DNA from: Lepidodermella squamata | Taxonomy: Eukaryota > Animalia > Gastrotricha | Reading direction: 5' to 3' | NCBI GenBank assembly: GCA_047495785.1 | Contig: JBLDXI010000017.1 | Location: forward strand, 1,488,001-1,552,000 | DNA: 64,000 nucleotides | In this document: positions 47,597-60,758 of the stretch, in pieces | How the letters are laid out: the number at the start of each line of letters is the position of its first letter | How positions within the stretch are numbered: the stretch's first letter is position 1 | The notes under the pieces: model-generated | What the model saw: only the letters and a program-made list of their open reading frames with translations | Told to the model about the DNA's origin: nothing | Database searches by the model: none | Position numbers and translations under genes: made by a program

Positions 47597-50508
47597 ATGG
47601 CGCCACCAAGCGACTCTCAGAATATCAACAAAACGGCGCTGTTGATGGCGCCGATACGGCGGCGGCTTATCGCCGGCGCTATGCAAGTTCGAACGGCTTT
47701 CAAGCAGTGCTTTCCTATCGGCGGCGATGACGACAGTCGCCGGCGTAAATTGACGAAAAAGCGAAAAATGGCAGACGACGAGCCGCAAATCGACGTGGCG
47801 CCAGATCATAGCGACAAGGGCAGAACTTGCGTCCTACCGCTGATTGCTGATGACTCTTCAACGCTGACAACCACCCAAACTAGCGATGACTCATCGGCAT
47901 CATCGCCTCTCAGCCCGATGAGCGTTGGCAGCGACGAGCCGGTGATTGCTCCGTGCAACAAAACGATGACAACCGCTATCCTTGAGCCCCTTCGACCGAT
48001 GCGGCAGTCCTGTCTGGCGAGTCGCGTAAATCGCACTTTCTTACTGCGGAAAACGAAGGCGGCGTTGAATAAAGTGAAACAGGCGTCGGAAAAACCTGCG
48101 ATGAATGCTTCTCAGCCGAAAAAACCGGTTTCATCGTCGTCGAGTCGATTGCGTTTCGGAATGAGGTCAAATAAACCGCAATCAGCGCCTTCTTCTTCTG
48201 CTGGCTCCAGCGGCCGACCGCAGTTTACTGGCGGGAAAGCGTCGCTATCCGGCTGTTTGATGACCTTTGTCATTTTTACGAACGGTTCTTCGACTCGAAT
48301 GTGGTTTCTGGTCGCGCGACAGCCGCAGAACAACAGTGGAAATGCGGGTCAGAAATCGTCAGCGAAAAACAATCGGCAAACTGAGTCGCAGAATTCGTCG
48401 GGTGAGAATCAGTCTCAGCGCCGCCATCCGCCTGGTCACGAAAGACCTGCGTCTGCCGCTAGTTCGACGTCTTCTCGTCGCCGTAATGTGTCGACGCCGC
48501 CTCAAGGATCGTCGGCAAGCGCACAGGAGAAAAAGCGCTCCCTTATCAACAGATTCTTGTGTTCAGGTGTGTTAGCGATTTCTTTCATAGGCAGAGTTGG
48601 TTATAATTGATAATAGGCTTTATTGTTGAAAATTCTGACCTACTTATAAAAAATCCATTTTTCTTTTTTACGCACTCATTTTTTATTGCTTTGATTTTAG
48701 AGGATGGCAAGTGCACAGGATCAGATGGCCGATCTCGGCTGGCCATCGCAGCAAGTTGGGCTTGTCCGGCTGCTATAAAGCTGCTTCTTCGCCGAGGAGC
48801 TCCGGTTAATTCAGTCGATTCGCGCGGTAAAGCCGCTCTTCATTACGTCGCTTATGGGTAAGTTCCTTGATGTGCAATCTCTTCTTAATTTTGTGTGAAT
48901 CATGAAACGCACAATGAATATGCAAATGAGGGCGCAAAATTACCCGCTAAATATCCCAAGTTAACTAGCACATTTTAAATTGCCAAAAATCAGGGAAAAA
49001 TAACAAAACAATCAAAATTTGCAGGTAAATCAGGAATCCGCTTGCCCACCTGTGGTTAGAATTTCAAAATATTTGGTTGATTTTTAAACGCGGAATAATG
49101 GGTTTTTCCATAAGTTATACGTTGTTATTCAAATTGTAAATTTACTGTTCATATTTTTTAGTCATTCATCTGTCGAAGCAGTGGTAGAATGTTTGCTGTT
49201 GCTGCTCGACGCCGGTGCTAAAGTCAATTGCTTCGACGACGAGAACAACACGCCGCTGCACCTGGCGGCTCTGGCCGGCTGCGGCCCGGCTATGGGCCTG
49301 CTGCTGAAGCGGGGCGCTGACTCATCGGTGCCGAACGCCACCGGCCGCACCCCGGTTTTCAACTTCCTTAACAACGCCTTCAACGCCGACAACATACCGG
49401 GCCTGCTCGAGCTGGCGTGCGGCTCGCCTTACGCCTTCGCCGGCGCCTTTCAGCTGTCGGAGAAAATCAAGGCGCAAATGCCGAGCGCGCCCGAATTTCG
49501 ACGAAATCTTTCAACTGCGGCACTTTTCGACAGTTCACCTTCGAAAAAGCTCGTCGATTGCTCGGGACGAATGCCTCTCGTATTAAAGGTGAGATTTCCG
49601 ATTTCAAGGCTTGTCTTACAATACATAGATAGGGGAAAATATTAGTTTCATGCGTTTGGGTGACGGAATCTATTGTAGTTTCCCGTAATGGCACGTTTTC
49701 TTATTATTTCGTATTTTTGTCACCAAAATCGAATTTATTAATCATTTTTCAAATTAAATTTTGGCAAAAGAAAATGCAGAATTAATGATGAAACAGAAAA
49801 ATTGGTACGGCAACAAAACAGCAACTTTGCAGAACAGCGAATGCGACAAAACAGCTGATTTTTTATTTTGCGACAAAACACCGAAAACTTACTATGCACA
49901 AAATGCTTTGTGTTTCTGCTCAAAACAGAAATAACTGCCCAAAACAGCAAACACGACAAAACAGCATCTTTTTCATCTTGCAGAAATGAAATGTCGCAAA
50001 ATAAAAAAATGTGCCGTTTTGTCGCGTTTGCTATTCTGCTGTTTTGTCGCCGTACCAAGTTTTCTTTACTGTTTTCATTATTGATTATGCATTTCTGCAA
50101 GTTGAAAAAGTTGCTGTTTTGTCGCGTTTGCTGTTTTGGGTATTTGCTGTTATGACGGTCTGCCGAAAAATTATTAAGGAGGATTTTATCAATTTTTGAC
50201 AGAATTTGACGTTTTGATTTAAAATTTTCATTTACGCTGTTTTTTAGCTGACGATCCAACCATCTTTGATGCCGGTTCACATTGACGAGTCGCTAGTACT
50301 TTCATCTGGCTTCAAGGAACTGTTGTGCCTTGTTGCAACGTGCCCGCCGAGCTTGCAACTGCTCGCGACGCATTCTATCCGCAAAGCTCTGCTCGAGGCG
50401 CTTCACGCTGCCCAGCAATCAGCTTCATCGCCGTCGAGCGAGTCCATTCAAGCTGCTGCTAGCGTTATCGACCTTCCAAACTCTTTGAAATGCTTCTTAT
50501 TCGCCTGA
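47597..50508 (+). CDS. Ankyrin repeat and SOCS box (ASB-like) protein with a long low-complexity N-terminus; exons approx. 47597-48566, 48701-48858, 49162-49588, 50248-50508
   Basis: Ankyrin repeats GKAALHY and NNTPLHLAALAG; C-terminal SOCS box PPSLQLLATHSIRKAL...LPNSLKCFL. Confidence 0.78.
49770..50150. repeat. Foldback/MITE-like long imperfect inverted repeat in an ASB intron
   Basis: atgca..attaatgatgaaacagaaaaattggtacggcaacaaaacagc (~49773-49823) is mirrored by gctgttttgtcgccgtaccaagttttc..tgttttcattattgattatgcat (~50038-50092); internal repeats of ACAAAACAGC. Confidence 0.75.
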
Positions 50509-51550
50509 AACAGGAAAAATCACTGCGAAAATCTAACAACAAGACTTGACTCTCTTTTTCAGCTGCCTCATCCGACACAATAATAACTTTCTTTCTGAAA
50601 ATCCTTACCAATGTCACACGTTACATCTTCTTCTTCTTTTGGTGCAAAAAAGAGTGGAAAAAATTAATAACAGAGGAATTTAAAAATGAATTGTTCCTAG
50701 AATAAATTTTGGTGCCCTCTGGATTGATTTGACAAGAACTATTACCTCCAAGTTGTTGTATGAAAAAAAATTGTTGACGATGATTTGTAACACTATACGT
50801 CTATTATTTTTGTGTTTTTTTTTCTTGGATTTTTTTTACTGGAAATTTTAATGTACAAATCTTTCGAGTTTTCATCATGATGATAATACACGTGTCTGAG
50901 ACGATCTTTTGTTTTAAAAAATTTTACTTGGCGATTGAAGCAGGATGTAACCATGTTTTCAGTGCTTTCTCGGCGCGCTCCATCTTCACCTTCATTTGAA
51001 CGTTATTTGTCATAATATACATGATTTTATTTTGTTGGAAAAAATCATCGGTCTGTTGTCAAAATTTGATAGTTTCCTCTCATCTTTCGCTATCATCAAC
51101 CTCTTATTGCAAGTTGCCAATAGTTATAGCAGTACGTATGCCTCATTTTTTAGCTGAAATCTAACTTACCTCATTTCTCTGTTGATTTTTGTTTGTTCTT
51201 CATCTTCTCCGCGACATTTTCAAAAAATTAAATTCGCCTAAATGTAATAACGAATGTGTGTTGTGTTGAAAAAAACAATACCTTTACGATTCAGACACAA
51301 TTTTAGTATATTTTGTTATAATACAGGAAAAAAGTATATATTCCCTATTATTTACTTATTCATTAAACTGGAAAAAAATCGTAATATCGTCGGAAAATAT
51401 CGAAATAAAGCGGAATGATTCTTTCAGAGTTGCTAAAGGTTTTTCCTCCTGGGACGATGAGGGCTGACAGGTGTCAAAGTTGCACGCATCGGGCAAAGTT
51501 GGTGCAGAAGAAAAAAACGAATTTTTTCACTATTTTTTGCCATCGATAAA

Positions 51551-54120
51551 ATGATCAACTCGATTTTTAAACGCGATTTTTCGCTGTTATCTGCCGTTAA
51601 AAATTACGATTACCAAATTAAAATTAACGGGCCTTACTATTCCTATCGAGACCCGGTGACTGGTCGGCGAGAATTCGTGTTTGATGAAGAAATTCAGGGT
51701 TTCATCGACGAGGGTTTGACGCCCACGAAAGCGATTGAGCGCTACCTGGCTCGCAAATATTCCAAGTCCAATAGTAAGCAGCAGTCGAATCTTACGAAAT
51801 CACGAATTTCCAACTTTTCCAACACCTCGACCTTACTGTCACCGTGGCTTGGCATCAAGAATCGAAAACCGGAGGCGACAAAAGTGAACAAGCAGTATCG
51901 TAATCAAACTCTAGCAAATGTAGAAAGCAACGCTAGCCTGCAGTTTCACCAATCACCCTCTGCTTCAAAGCAGCCTTCATTTATAAACGATGATTTTCAA
52001 TTTAATAGCGACGATGAGGTTGAAGAAGAGAAGCCGTCGCATAGCAAGCGGAGGTGGCAGTTGAAGTTCGACATGGGCGATGATTCCGACTCGACTGGAG
52101 AACATCGAGAGCATCGCCATGGGGCTATGTCGATGATGTGCATGCGCGATGACCTTCAGCGGTACATGACAGCCTGTAAACAGTTCGAGGTCAGCCCAGC
52201 TCAGGCTTTTATCGATCAGCTCGGCGCCAGGACGATCCGGGTCAAGTACCACACGCTCTCCCCGATCGAGCTGGGACCTATGTTACATACACTTGCGGAA
52301 AGGGCTACAGCCCCGATAACGTCATTAGACCTTTCCTGTAATCCTTTAACTGATAAAGCCGCTGGATTGTTAGTCGCATTTCTCAACACGTCAGCGGCTG
52401 ATTGTTTGACTTATTTGAATCTCTCGGATTGCATGCTCGGCATGCGAGGTGGTCAGCAGATTCTCGACTGTGTCCAAGACAATTTTTCGATAAAAGAATT
52501 GTATTTATCGTCAAATAATTTCGGTGATACGATTGGGCCGAGTCTTCAAAACCTTCTTTCTGTAAATGATGTATTGAGACACCTTGACATAAGTCGGAAC
52601 AAGATATCTGTGGACTCAGCGGAACGATTGGCTGATGGTTTAAGTAAGCTTGGAATATAGCTCAAATTATTTCCGACCTTTTTGAACCTTTTCCAGGCAA
52701 AAATTCATCACTAGTATCTATTAATGTTTCTTGGAACGGAATTAGGCTTCGAGGAGGCGAAGCCATTGGAGCAGTCTTTGTGGTTTGGGAAAATAGTAAC
52801 CCTCCTTAAGATTTAAATTCTCCCCTTAATTTTCATCAGATGACAACCTTAAGTGAAATCGATTTATCTTGGAATGGCGTTTCGAACGACGGAGCTCGAG
52901 CGATTAGCGCTGCGTTAACTGAGCGAACTTGCGTTCTCAAATCACTGAACCTCGAATGCAATCGAATCGGCTTACTGGGCGCGTATGCTCTCGCCCGGGC
53001 CCTGCGTCATAATCGAACTCTGAAAAAACTTGACCTGACAATGAACCCGATCACTACTGAAGGCGTGAAAGCGATTTTCAAAGCTCTGATGAACAATTAT
53101 TACACAGGGTTGGAGCAGCTTGATATTAGGGACACTCCCATCGAGCAAGCATTCACGGATCTGATCGATCAAATTCGTCGACGAAAATCGAAACGAGCCG
53201 GTTCTGAATTCATCGTAAATTACGGCACGACAGTCCATGACCCAGATTTTTACATCTCAACCGCGGAGGCGTTCAACCGGGTCAATGACCCGATCACGAT
53301 TTTATTCAAATATGTCAAAGAGAAAGGGCTACGGCTTTTGGACCTGTTCGCTCAGTTCGATAAAGATCACTCTTCAACGGTCAGCATTGACGAATTTCGA
53401 CACGGATTTATCGTGAGAAATTTCGAATTGTTTTTTTTCTTTTTTAACCGTTTAAGCTTTTAGGCTACTAAAATTCCCTTGACTGAAGCACAGCTAGATT
53501 ATTTATTCGGAGTGATGGACTTGGATGGGAACGGTGAAATTGACTATGCGTAAGACTGAATCAATTATAACTCATCGCAGCTAATGAGGGTCGATTTATT
53601 TCGCAGAGAACTTCTCGCTCTTCAGCAACAATATCGTGAAAATATGCGGAGGAAATTACGAGTTGCGAAGCAGGAAGAGATGGAATTGGACGAACCGAAG
53701 TTGCCACCTTTACCTAAAGAAGTAAACAAAACCCCTCGGGACAAAATTCTCAAGTAAGTGCAAGTATATATCTCGTAATTGATATTACTATAAGAATAAC
53801 CTTGCAATAGAGCTCGAGATGACTACCTGAAGTCGAATAATAACACTTCGACGAGCAACAGACCGCCTGTGAAGTTGCCGGAAATAAATAATAGCAGCAC
53901 GGGAACATTGGCCAGCAGAAGGACTTCATCTTTTAAGGAAGCTCTCGATGTTGAACGCCGAAAATTGATGCAGTCTGTGAAAAATGATGGAAGCATCAGT
54001 CAAAGAGGTCCAGGGAGTATTGCAGGGAGTCAGGTGACACAAAATTCCCGCATTCCGCAGCGCAGGAATCAAGGCCGATCACGACCACCTGCTATCGAAC
54101 TAGATGAATCGGTTGAATAA
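51551..54120 (+). CDS. RNI-like LRR protein with C-terminal EF-hand pair (LRRC74-like); about 6 exons
   Basis: YMTACKQFEVSP, LDLSCN, LDISRN and IDLSWNG repeats; LRLLDLFAQFDKDHSSTVSIDEF and MDLDGNGEIDY EF hands. Confidence 0.82.
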
Positions 54121-54550
54121 CTCAAAACCCTCATTTTATAAACAACGTGACCATCTTTTATTATTCACTCTGTTAAATAGTTTTATATTACGAGTTGGAA
54201 CAATAGCAAGTTGATATATTTTTTCAGTCATCAACAGCATGACAATATTTTCAAGTAATTAATATTCGAAATCAAAAATTCATCACAAATCAGCACTTTA
54301 TACACGCGTCAGCATTCGCAACGGCTTTGTGATGATGAAACTCAAGTTAACAAGCATTGAAACAATCATATTTAATCGATAAAATAAACTTAATTCATGT
54401 TTTTAAAGCCAAGAAAATCAGACAATCTGAGACGATTATCGAATTGAAGCTAGTTTTCTCCGCTATTTAAAGGCACAACACGTCACGAGAAGCAATGATC
54501 AACCAAATTTTGTCATATTGTTGTAGTTAAAATAATGGATAAATGAGAGT

Positions 54551-57363
54551 CTAATACGATCTTGGATCAACACGCCGGCAAGGTGACACGCTACGAGCCC
54601 TGACCACGCGTCGAACTCTGGAATGTGAAGGCCCGGGTGGTGGACTGATTCGACGACGGCAGACTACGGTTTTCGTCGGAAGCGGCATGGGCGGACAGGC
54701 GCGGCTACATATCGCCGATTCAGCCGTTTCATACCCGGCGCGGTACGCTTCGTCCATACTCTCCAACAAATTGTCTTGACTTGAGGCCGCAGCCATGTAT
54801 GTCACGTGATTTGCTTCAATCAACCGGCGGAGGCGTTCGATTATTTCATACGCTGGAATAGCTAGATTTGAAGCGTCAAGGCCGAGCATTCTCGCGATGA
54901 CCTGGCGTTGGTCTAACAGCTCTTGCTCCCTGTCACGGAGTTCTTGAACTGAAATTTTCAGGTGGCGATTTTCGTCACTCAGCTGCTTCAGAACACCATC
55001 GGCGCGATTAATTCGTTCTTCACTCTCGCCACCTCTAGCCTGGAGTTCACGTTTCAATAGCGCTATTTTTTTGGCTTGTGAGTCATTGAGCTCACGCATC
55101 TCACGAAGTTGAAGTTCGTAAGAATTCAACTGATGAGATGAGTGGATATTTTCGTTGCGAATCTCGCTTGTTCCCAGGAGTTGCGCCTTGAGATCGCGGA
55201 CTTCGATCTTGGCCGCATCAAGTTGCGCCCTGTAGCGTTCGACCAATTTCTCGAGTTTGTATACTTTTTGCGACTCAAAGTCCCGTTCGCGCTCCATTTC
55301 ACCACGCCCGCTAAGACGTTCCTCAAGCTGAGTCACCTTCTTCCGCAGTAGGTCAAGGTGCAAATCTTTAGACTCGAGTTGCTCCTTCATTGCTTTAAGT
55401 TTGCGTTGAAGCTGATAGATCTGTGTAGTTCGGCCGGTAAGAGCTTCGTTTTCAAGCTTTACAAGCTGCTCGCCGCGGACCAAGATCGCATCCAGGGCCA
55501 AGTCGAGCCCAGTATCGGCTGAAATTCGGTCCATTTTCAGCACAGATGAAATTTGTTCAAGGAAACGAAGGTATTTCTCGCGATCTGTGCGTAGACCATC
55601 ACGCATGACCTCATTAGCAGCTAGATCGCTCTCCATGCGTCGCATTCGCTCTTTCAGCTCTGCGTTTTCTTGCTCGTAAACATTGGTGCGATCGTGGGAG
55701 GTTTTCTGTAGACGGTATTGTTCTTCAAACTGAGTGCGTAGATTTTCCAGTTTTTCTTTCAGCAGTGTGATATGAGTATCCTTGTCTTTGTTTGCGTCCT
55801 TCAAGTATTGAATATGCTGTTTAATGTCTTCTTCTGTGTGTTGCACTGATGTGTAGCCATCGCCGAGCAAGGAAGCAAGCTGCTCACGGAATGCTGCAAA
55901 TTGCGTAGAGGCGTTGCGCGCTTGATAAGACGTTTCACGAGTTGTAGTTTCAAGTTGCTGAGCCCTAAAAATTCAATTGATGAAATGAATGTTAACTACA
56001 TTGATTCGATCAGTTCATACTTTTCCAAATACGCTTCCAACTCATTGCGTGCGGAGTCATACTGACGTTGCATGTGATCTTGGCGATTGCGAAGAATCTC
56101 GATTTCTCTTTCCAGGTCAATTCTAATCGCCATAGCATCGTCGCGTTCCTTCCGCAGCTTTTCAATGTCAGAGCCGTATCGCAGCGTTGATTTCTGCTCT
56201 CGGCCAACTTCAGCAACGAGTCGCTGGATCGTCTCGCGATTAGCTTTATCTTCGAGACGCAAGGCTTCGACCTCGTCCTGGAGACGAAGCACCTTTGTCT
56301 TGTCCGTTGCATTTTCTTGGACAATTTCGGCAAACTTGCGGACGATTGCGTCAGGAGCAGCCATAGGATCATCGACGTGAACGATCGACCGCAGCTGTGA
56401 GATAATTTCTATGTTTTTCCGCTCAACTAGCGCCAGGTTTTGTTCAGCATGCTCTCGGTCCATCAAATGAACCCTAAAACATCAATTAGTCCCAAATAAA
56501 ACTAAGTGAATTCACTTACTTCAGACGGTTTTCCAGCTCAACGCATCTTTCTCGGAGTTCTGTATTTTCTCGCTGCATTTGCTCAGCAAACACTTTTGTG
56601 CGATTAGCAGTTGATTCGTAGTGACCCGTTTCACCTTCCAAATCAACTATTCTTTGTTTCAGAGCCTCAATAATAGTAGTGTGACGCGATTCCGTTTCAC
56701 GGTATGCATCGAGCTCAAGACGATAACGATTGACCTCGATTTCTCGAGATTCTGATGAATGTCTGGCCTCATGCAGCTGTTGATTTAGCTGCTCAAGTTT
56801 AGCTTGACACGCAGCCAATTCTTGTCTGGCATGATCCAATGCAAGCCTATCACCACTCAAGACGGAGTCAAGCTGTAAAATTATGTTGTGACTCAGCCAT
56901 TAAATTAAAATTAAAGATTACCTTCGTGCTGTCAAACTTGGAATATCGGGGTTGAATATCGATGCTTGACAATTGTCGAATAACCTCATCTTTCTTTTTA
57001 TTTTCAAGTTTGCAGAGAGCCAATTGATCCTCCAGCTATAAATAAATATTGGGAAATATTAGAAAAGCCTGTGCAACTTTATCTCGTAACAATGTCATGA
57101 CTCAGCAATTATACCATTACAGAAAAATTAAAGAATGGGCTTACCTCAGAAATAAGCTGACGATGGTAGTTGGGCGACGAATCTCGCAGATGCGGGCTTT
57201 CTTGCTTTGGGCGCAAAATTCCAGTAGATACACTTGTTCTCATGACACTGGAGCTGATTATGTTATCGATTTCTCTTCTCGACATGCTCTCCAGTTCTCT
57301 GCGAGAAATATTATCCAAGTCTCTACGCGAGCCTCCGATTATTGAAGAGCTACTGATATCCAT
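54551..57363 (-). CDS. CCDC170: CCDC170-like long coiled-coil protein; multi-exon
   Basis: QLESKDLHLDLLRKKVTQLEE and QVIARMLGLD...IPAYEIIERL motifs; heptad-rich ORFs linked by short introns. Confidence 0.8.
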
Positions 57364-58188
57364 AAGTTAAAGGCAAGCTCTAAGAACATCAAGAAAGAAA
57401 ATCAACGTGTAACTTGTGAAATTGGCAATCTCATTTAGAAAGATGCTACTCTGGCCTTATAATTGGCTATTTCATGGTATCATCTGAAGCCTTCCATTTG
57501 ATTAGCCCAGTATTTGCAAGCAGCGGTGGTTGCTAAAACATCGGAGGACATCCTAGTAGCACTTTCATCAACGTTGCTAAGAATTTTTCGTTGCTAAGGA
57601 TGCTACAATTATGTGTAATGCTAATGTGTAATTTTAAAATATGATTGCATATTTTGTAAAGTAATAGTTGAAGATTTTTGCTAATTTTGGCGCTGTCCAT
57701 TTTTTTGACGTAGCAGAAAATCAGAAGATGATTCATCTAACGTCCTTTAAGCCTAGCTGATTCAATGCTCTTTCGGTGCTGATTCATTTCAATTTATCAT
57801 CATTTTCCGAGAAATCGATTATTAAGCTATCCCAAGTTTACCAATCGAATTCTGCTTTTCTGTTGCAAATGCTGGTGGAACCTTGTATTGTCTCTATCAA
57901 TTATTACACAACATGTTCCTTATTGTCTATGGTTTCTCAAAGAACCAAGAAAAACTTGAAATTTCTTAATCATAAAAATGTTTGCTGATTCATCGATCTC
58001 GATGATTTATTTCTCTTGCGGTTTTGAGCGCCAGCTTTGTCGGTTAGACGGGAACCTCTGAAGGATTACTTGAACTGGGAGCAGGAATGCTTCTTCGCCC
58101 TCCTCAACTTGAAGATAATAGAAATCGCAATCTTTATGAAATTTCAATGCTAACTTGTAGACGTTTTACGGAGTTTTATCGATCTTTG

Positions 58189-58800
58189 ATGGATATACCG
58201 GACACAATATTTCCTCCCCCACCACTTCCGGCGCCTCCGTTATCGCCGATGATTGCGTCTTTGGTCTACAACGGATCAACTTTCGGTGGCTTCCAACAGA
58301 ATAAGAATAGTAAATATGCCGTTGAAGTGGAGATTCAACAGGTGGATTCGATGAATTCTCTGATTTACGGTTGCCTGACAATCAGAGGATTAACTGATGA
58401 CCCTTCGATTACTACGTTTTTTCACGGGGAAATAATCAGCCCCAAATTTCCGTTTTTGACCCGAAAATGGGATGCTGACGAGGAAATCGACCGAAAGCAT
58501 TGGTCCAAGTTTCCGCAATTCCTTCAATTCGCCGACACTTTCAATTCAGACGATTTCGATTACGGTCAACTTACTAAGCTGGACTGTATATTTATGAGAT
58601 GGAAAGAACATTTTCTGGCCTCGGATCATTCAGTTAATCATGTTCACGGTGCTTCGTTTGCCGGATTTTATTACGTGTGCATCCAACTTCGTGAAGAGTC
58701 CATCATGGGCTACTACTATCACAAGGACACTGATATGTTTCAATCGCTTAGTCTTTTACACGTACCCAACAAAACTTCTAGTGTTTATATTGTTCGCTGA
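58189..58800 (+). CDS. GID4: GID4/Vid24 substrate receptor of the GID/CTLH E3 ligase
   Basis: GSTFGGFQ, ITTFFHGEII, FLTRKWDADEEIDRKHW, IFMRWKEHFL and GASFAGFYY motifs. The acceptor at 58160 favours the ATG at 58189. Confidence 0.93.
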   Translation: MDIPDTIFPPPPLPAPPLSPMIASLVYNGSTFGGFQQNKNSKYAVEVEIQQVDSMNSLIYGCLTIRGLTDDPSITTFFHGEIISPKFPFLTRKWDADEEIDRKHWSKFPQFLQFADTFNSDDFDYGQLTKLDCIFMRWKEHFLASDHSVNHVHGASFAGFYYVCIQLREESIMGYYYHKDTDMFQSLSLLHVPNKTSSVYIVR

Positions 58801-58932
58801 TTTACGCATGTCATTTTTGCTCAGCTCAGCTTTTTCAGTTTTCTTCCTAATTTTTTCCAGTTCTTGACTGCCATTGAAGAATGATTTTTAAGCTTGATAT
58901 TTTTCTTGAATATAGCTTGTATTTTTGTTGTG

Positions 58933-59362
58933 ATGATTTCTTTGCGGAATTCGTATAATCAAATCGAGGGCAATGCTGGATCGTCTCCTCAGCATCAAGC
59001 GAAAACTCTGTCAGCCAGCTCAACGAAACCACTAAAGCGTAGTGGCGACCTCAATTTGACCGAAGGTGGAGTGTTAGATTTGAAGCGGAGAAAACCTGGC
59101 CCAAAGCCCAAGGCGGTTATTGCTGTAAGAAATTTGGATATTTTAATTAAACTCGATTGATTGTCGTATTTTCCAGGACGATCCTGAAAAGCAGAAAAAG
59201 AGGCAGGAGGGTAACAGAAAGGCTCAACAAAAGCGTCGGGATAAAATTAACCAATGTATCGCGAGGCTGGAAGAAGAAAATCGAGCTTTGAAAGATGAGA
59301 TTAACCGGTTGAAAACTGAGCTTGAAAATAAGAAATGTGTTAAATGTTCATCTAGTCTCTAG
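58933..59362 (+). CDS. Small bZIP protein; exons 58933-59124 and 59177-59362
   Basis: RRKPGPKPK basic stretch, then exon 2 (absent from the ORF track) DDPEKQKKRQEGNRKAQQKRRDKINQCIARLEEENRALKDEINRLKTEL. Confidence 0.78.
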
Positions 59363-59489
59363 CAAATTTAACTGCTGATTTGAATTCAATTTAATTATTT
59401 TTCAATGACCAATCCGAATTTAATATTTCTATTCAAGATGTGCGGATTAATGGTGTTATCATTTTATTATAGATAAATTGTTATTAAAA

Positions 59490-60758
59490 ATGAAGACTTT
59501 GCTGAAGCAAAAAGTTCATGCAGATCAAACTAGTCAGCCGAATGGCTATTCTTCCGGTAATGGCCGAATTACGCGTGGTACAAAATTAGAATTAGTCGAT
59601 CCTAATCGGTCGAAACAAATCTCCGATATGGACCTGTCGAATCAGCAGAAATCTCAGCCTGCTGCTGGTAATTCACAAGCCTCGAAGCGCGGCTACAACG
59701 CTGCATTTCAGCCCGGTCCACCAATCTATGCCAGCTCTGTCAACGTTCAACAAAGTAGCAGCCGGGATGGCATGATCGAGGACGCTGAGAGCGATTACAG
59801 CTCGTCAGCTGCTTCTTATTCACAACCTGCGGCGAAAAAAGGTGCTGGTTCACTTCTCCGCAGTACTCTAGCCGAACCGCGAGATAATGATAGTGGCCGC
59901 AAAAAGAATCGACCCGGTAGAAAACCGACAAAAGCCATCGATCATGTAAGTAGCTGCTAGATCTACGAATTTTATATTTTTTTCCTTTTTTGGTGAAAAA
60001 ATTAACTGAATTTTTCTTTCAATTTTTAGATGTCCGAGGAAGAATATCGGAGGCTCGAAGAAAGACGACTTAAAAATAAAGAAGCTGCCCAACGTTGCCG
60101 GTCTCGGAGAATGGCCAAGATACAAGAATTGGAAGAGCGCATTCGCGTGTTGAACGGCGAGATTAACATGATGAGAAACACGCACGAAAAATACAAAGAT
60201 GTGCCTACGAACTTACAATACTACATTGGCTCGAAGAACCACGTGTGCTGCCTTGCTTCGACCCCACCGGCGCGGCCTATCCAAATGCCACTCGTCATCG
60301 ATAGTTCTCAATTCAACCGACCATCGCCATCAAAAGCTAACGTCGTATCTTCCAACAGCGTGAAAGGCCTCAATTCGCCGTCATCGGTGCAAAATCGCAA
60401 CTTGGGCGGGCCGAAGCGGCCGCAATTTTTGAACCGGCCCGTTGTTAATTTGATCAACGAACAAAAACGGCCGTCCTCGCAACCGTCGCCTAGCGTTATG
60501 AACAGCTTCCTACCATCATTCAGCGGATTCACCCCCGGCCAGTCCGATCTACTGAATTCGTTCGCAAATGCCGGCACACCCGGGCTGCCGTCATTCGGCG
60601 GCAACGGCGATTTGAACAGCTTTGGAAATATGTTCGACGACCGGACACCGAGCCGAGAACTGGTTGGCAACAGCATACTATACCAGGCCCTCGATTTGCA
60701 AAGCAGCATCGCCCTCGAAACTCCGAATACGGAGGCACCGCGTCTTACCGCGCTATAG
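59490..60758 (+). CDS. Fos/kayak-like bZIP; exons 59490-59945 and 60030-60758
   Basis: MSEEEYRRLEERRLKNKEAAQRCRSRR, post-zipper H-x-C, FTP/TP sites and C-terminal PRLTAL (compare Fos PTLLAL). Confidence 0.85.

Noticed and set aside
49738-50280. 180-aa minus-strand ORF and overlapping ORFs
   Set aside because: By-products of the intronic inverted repeat; no protein-like features.
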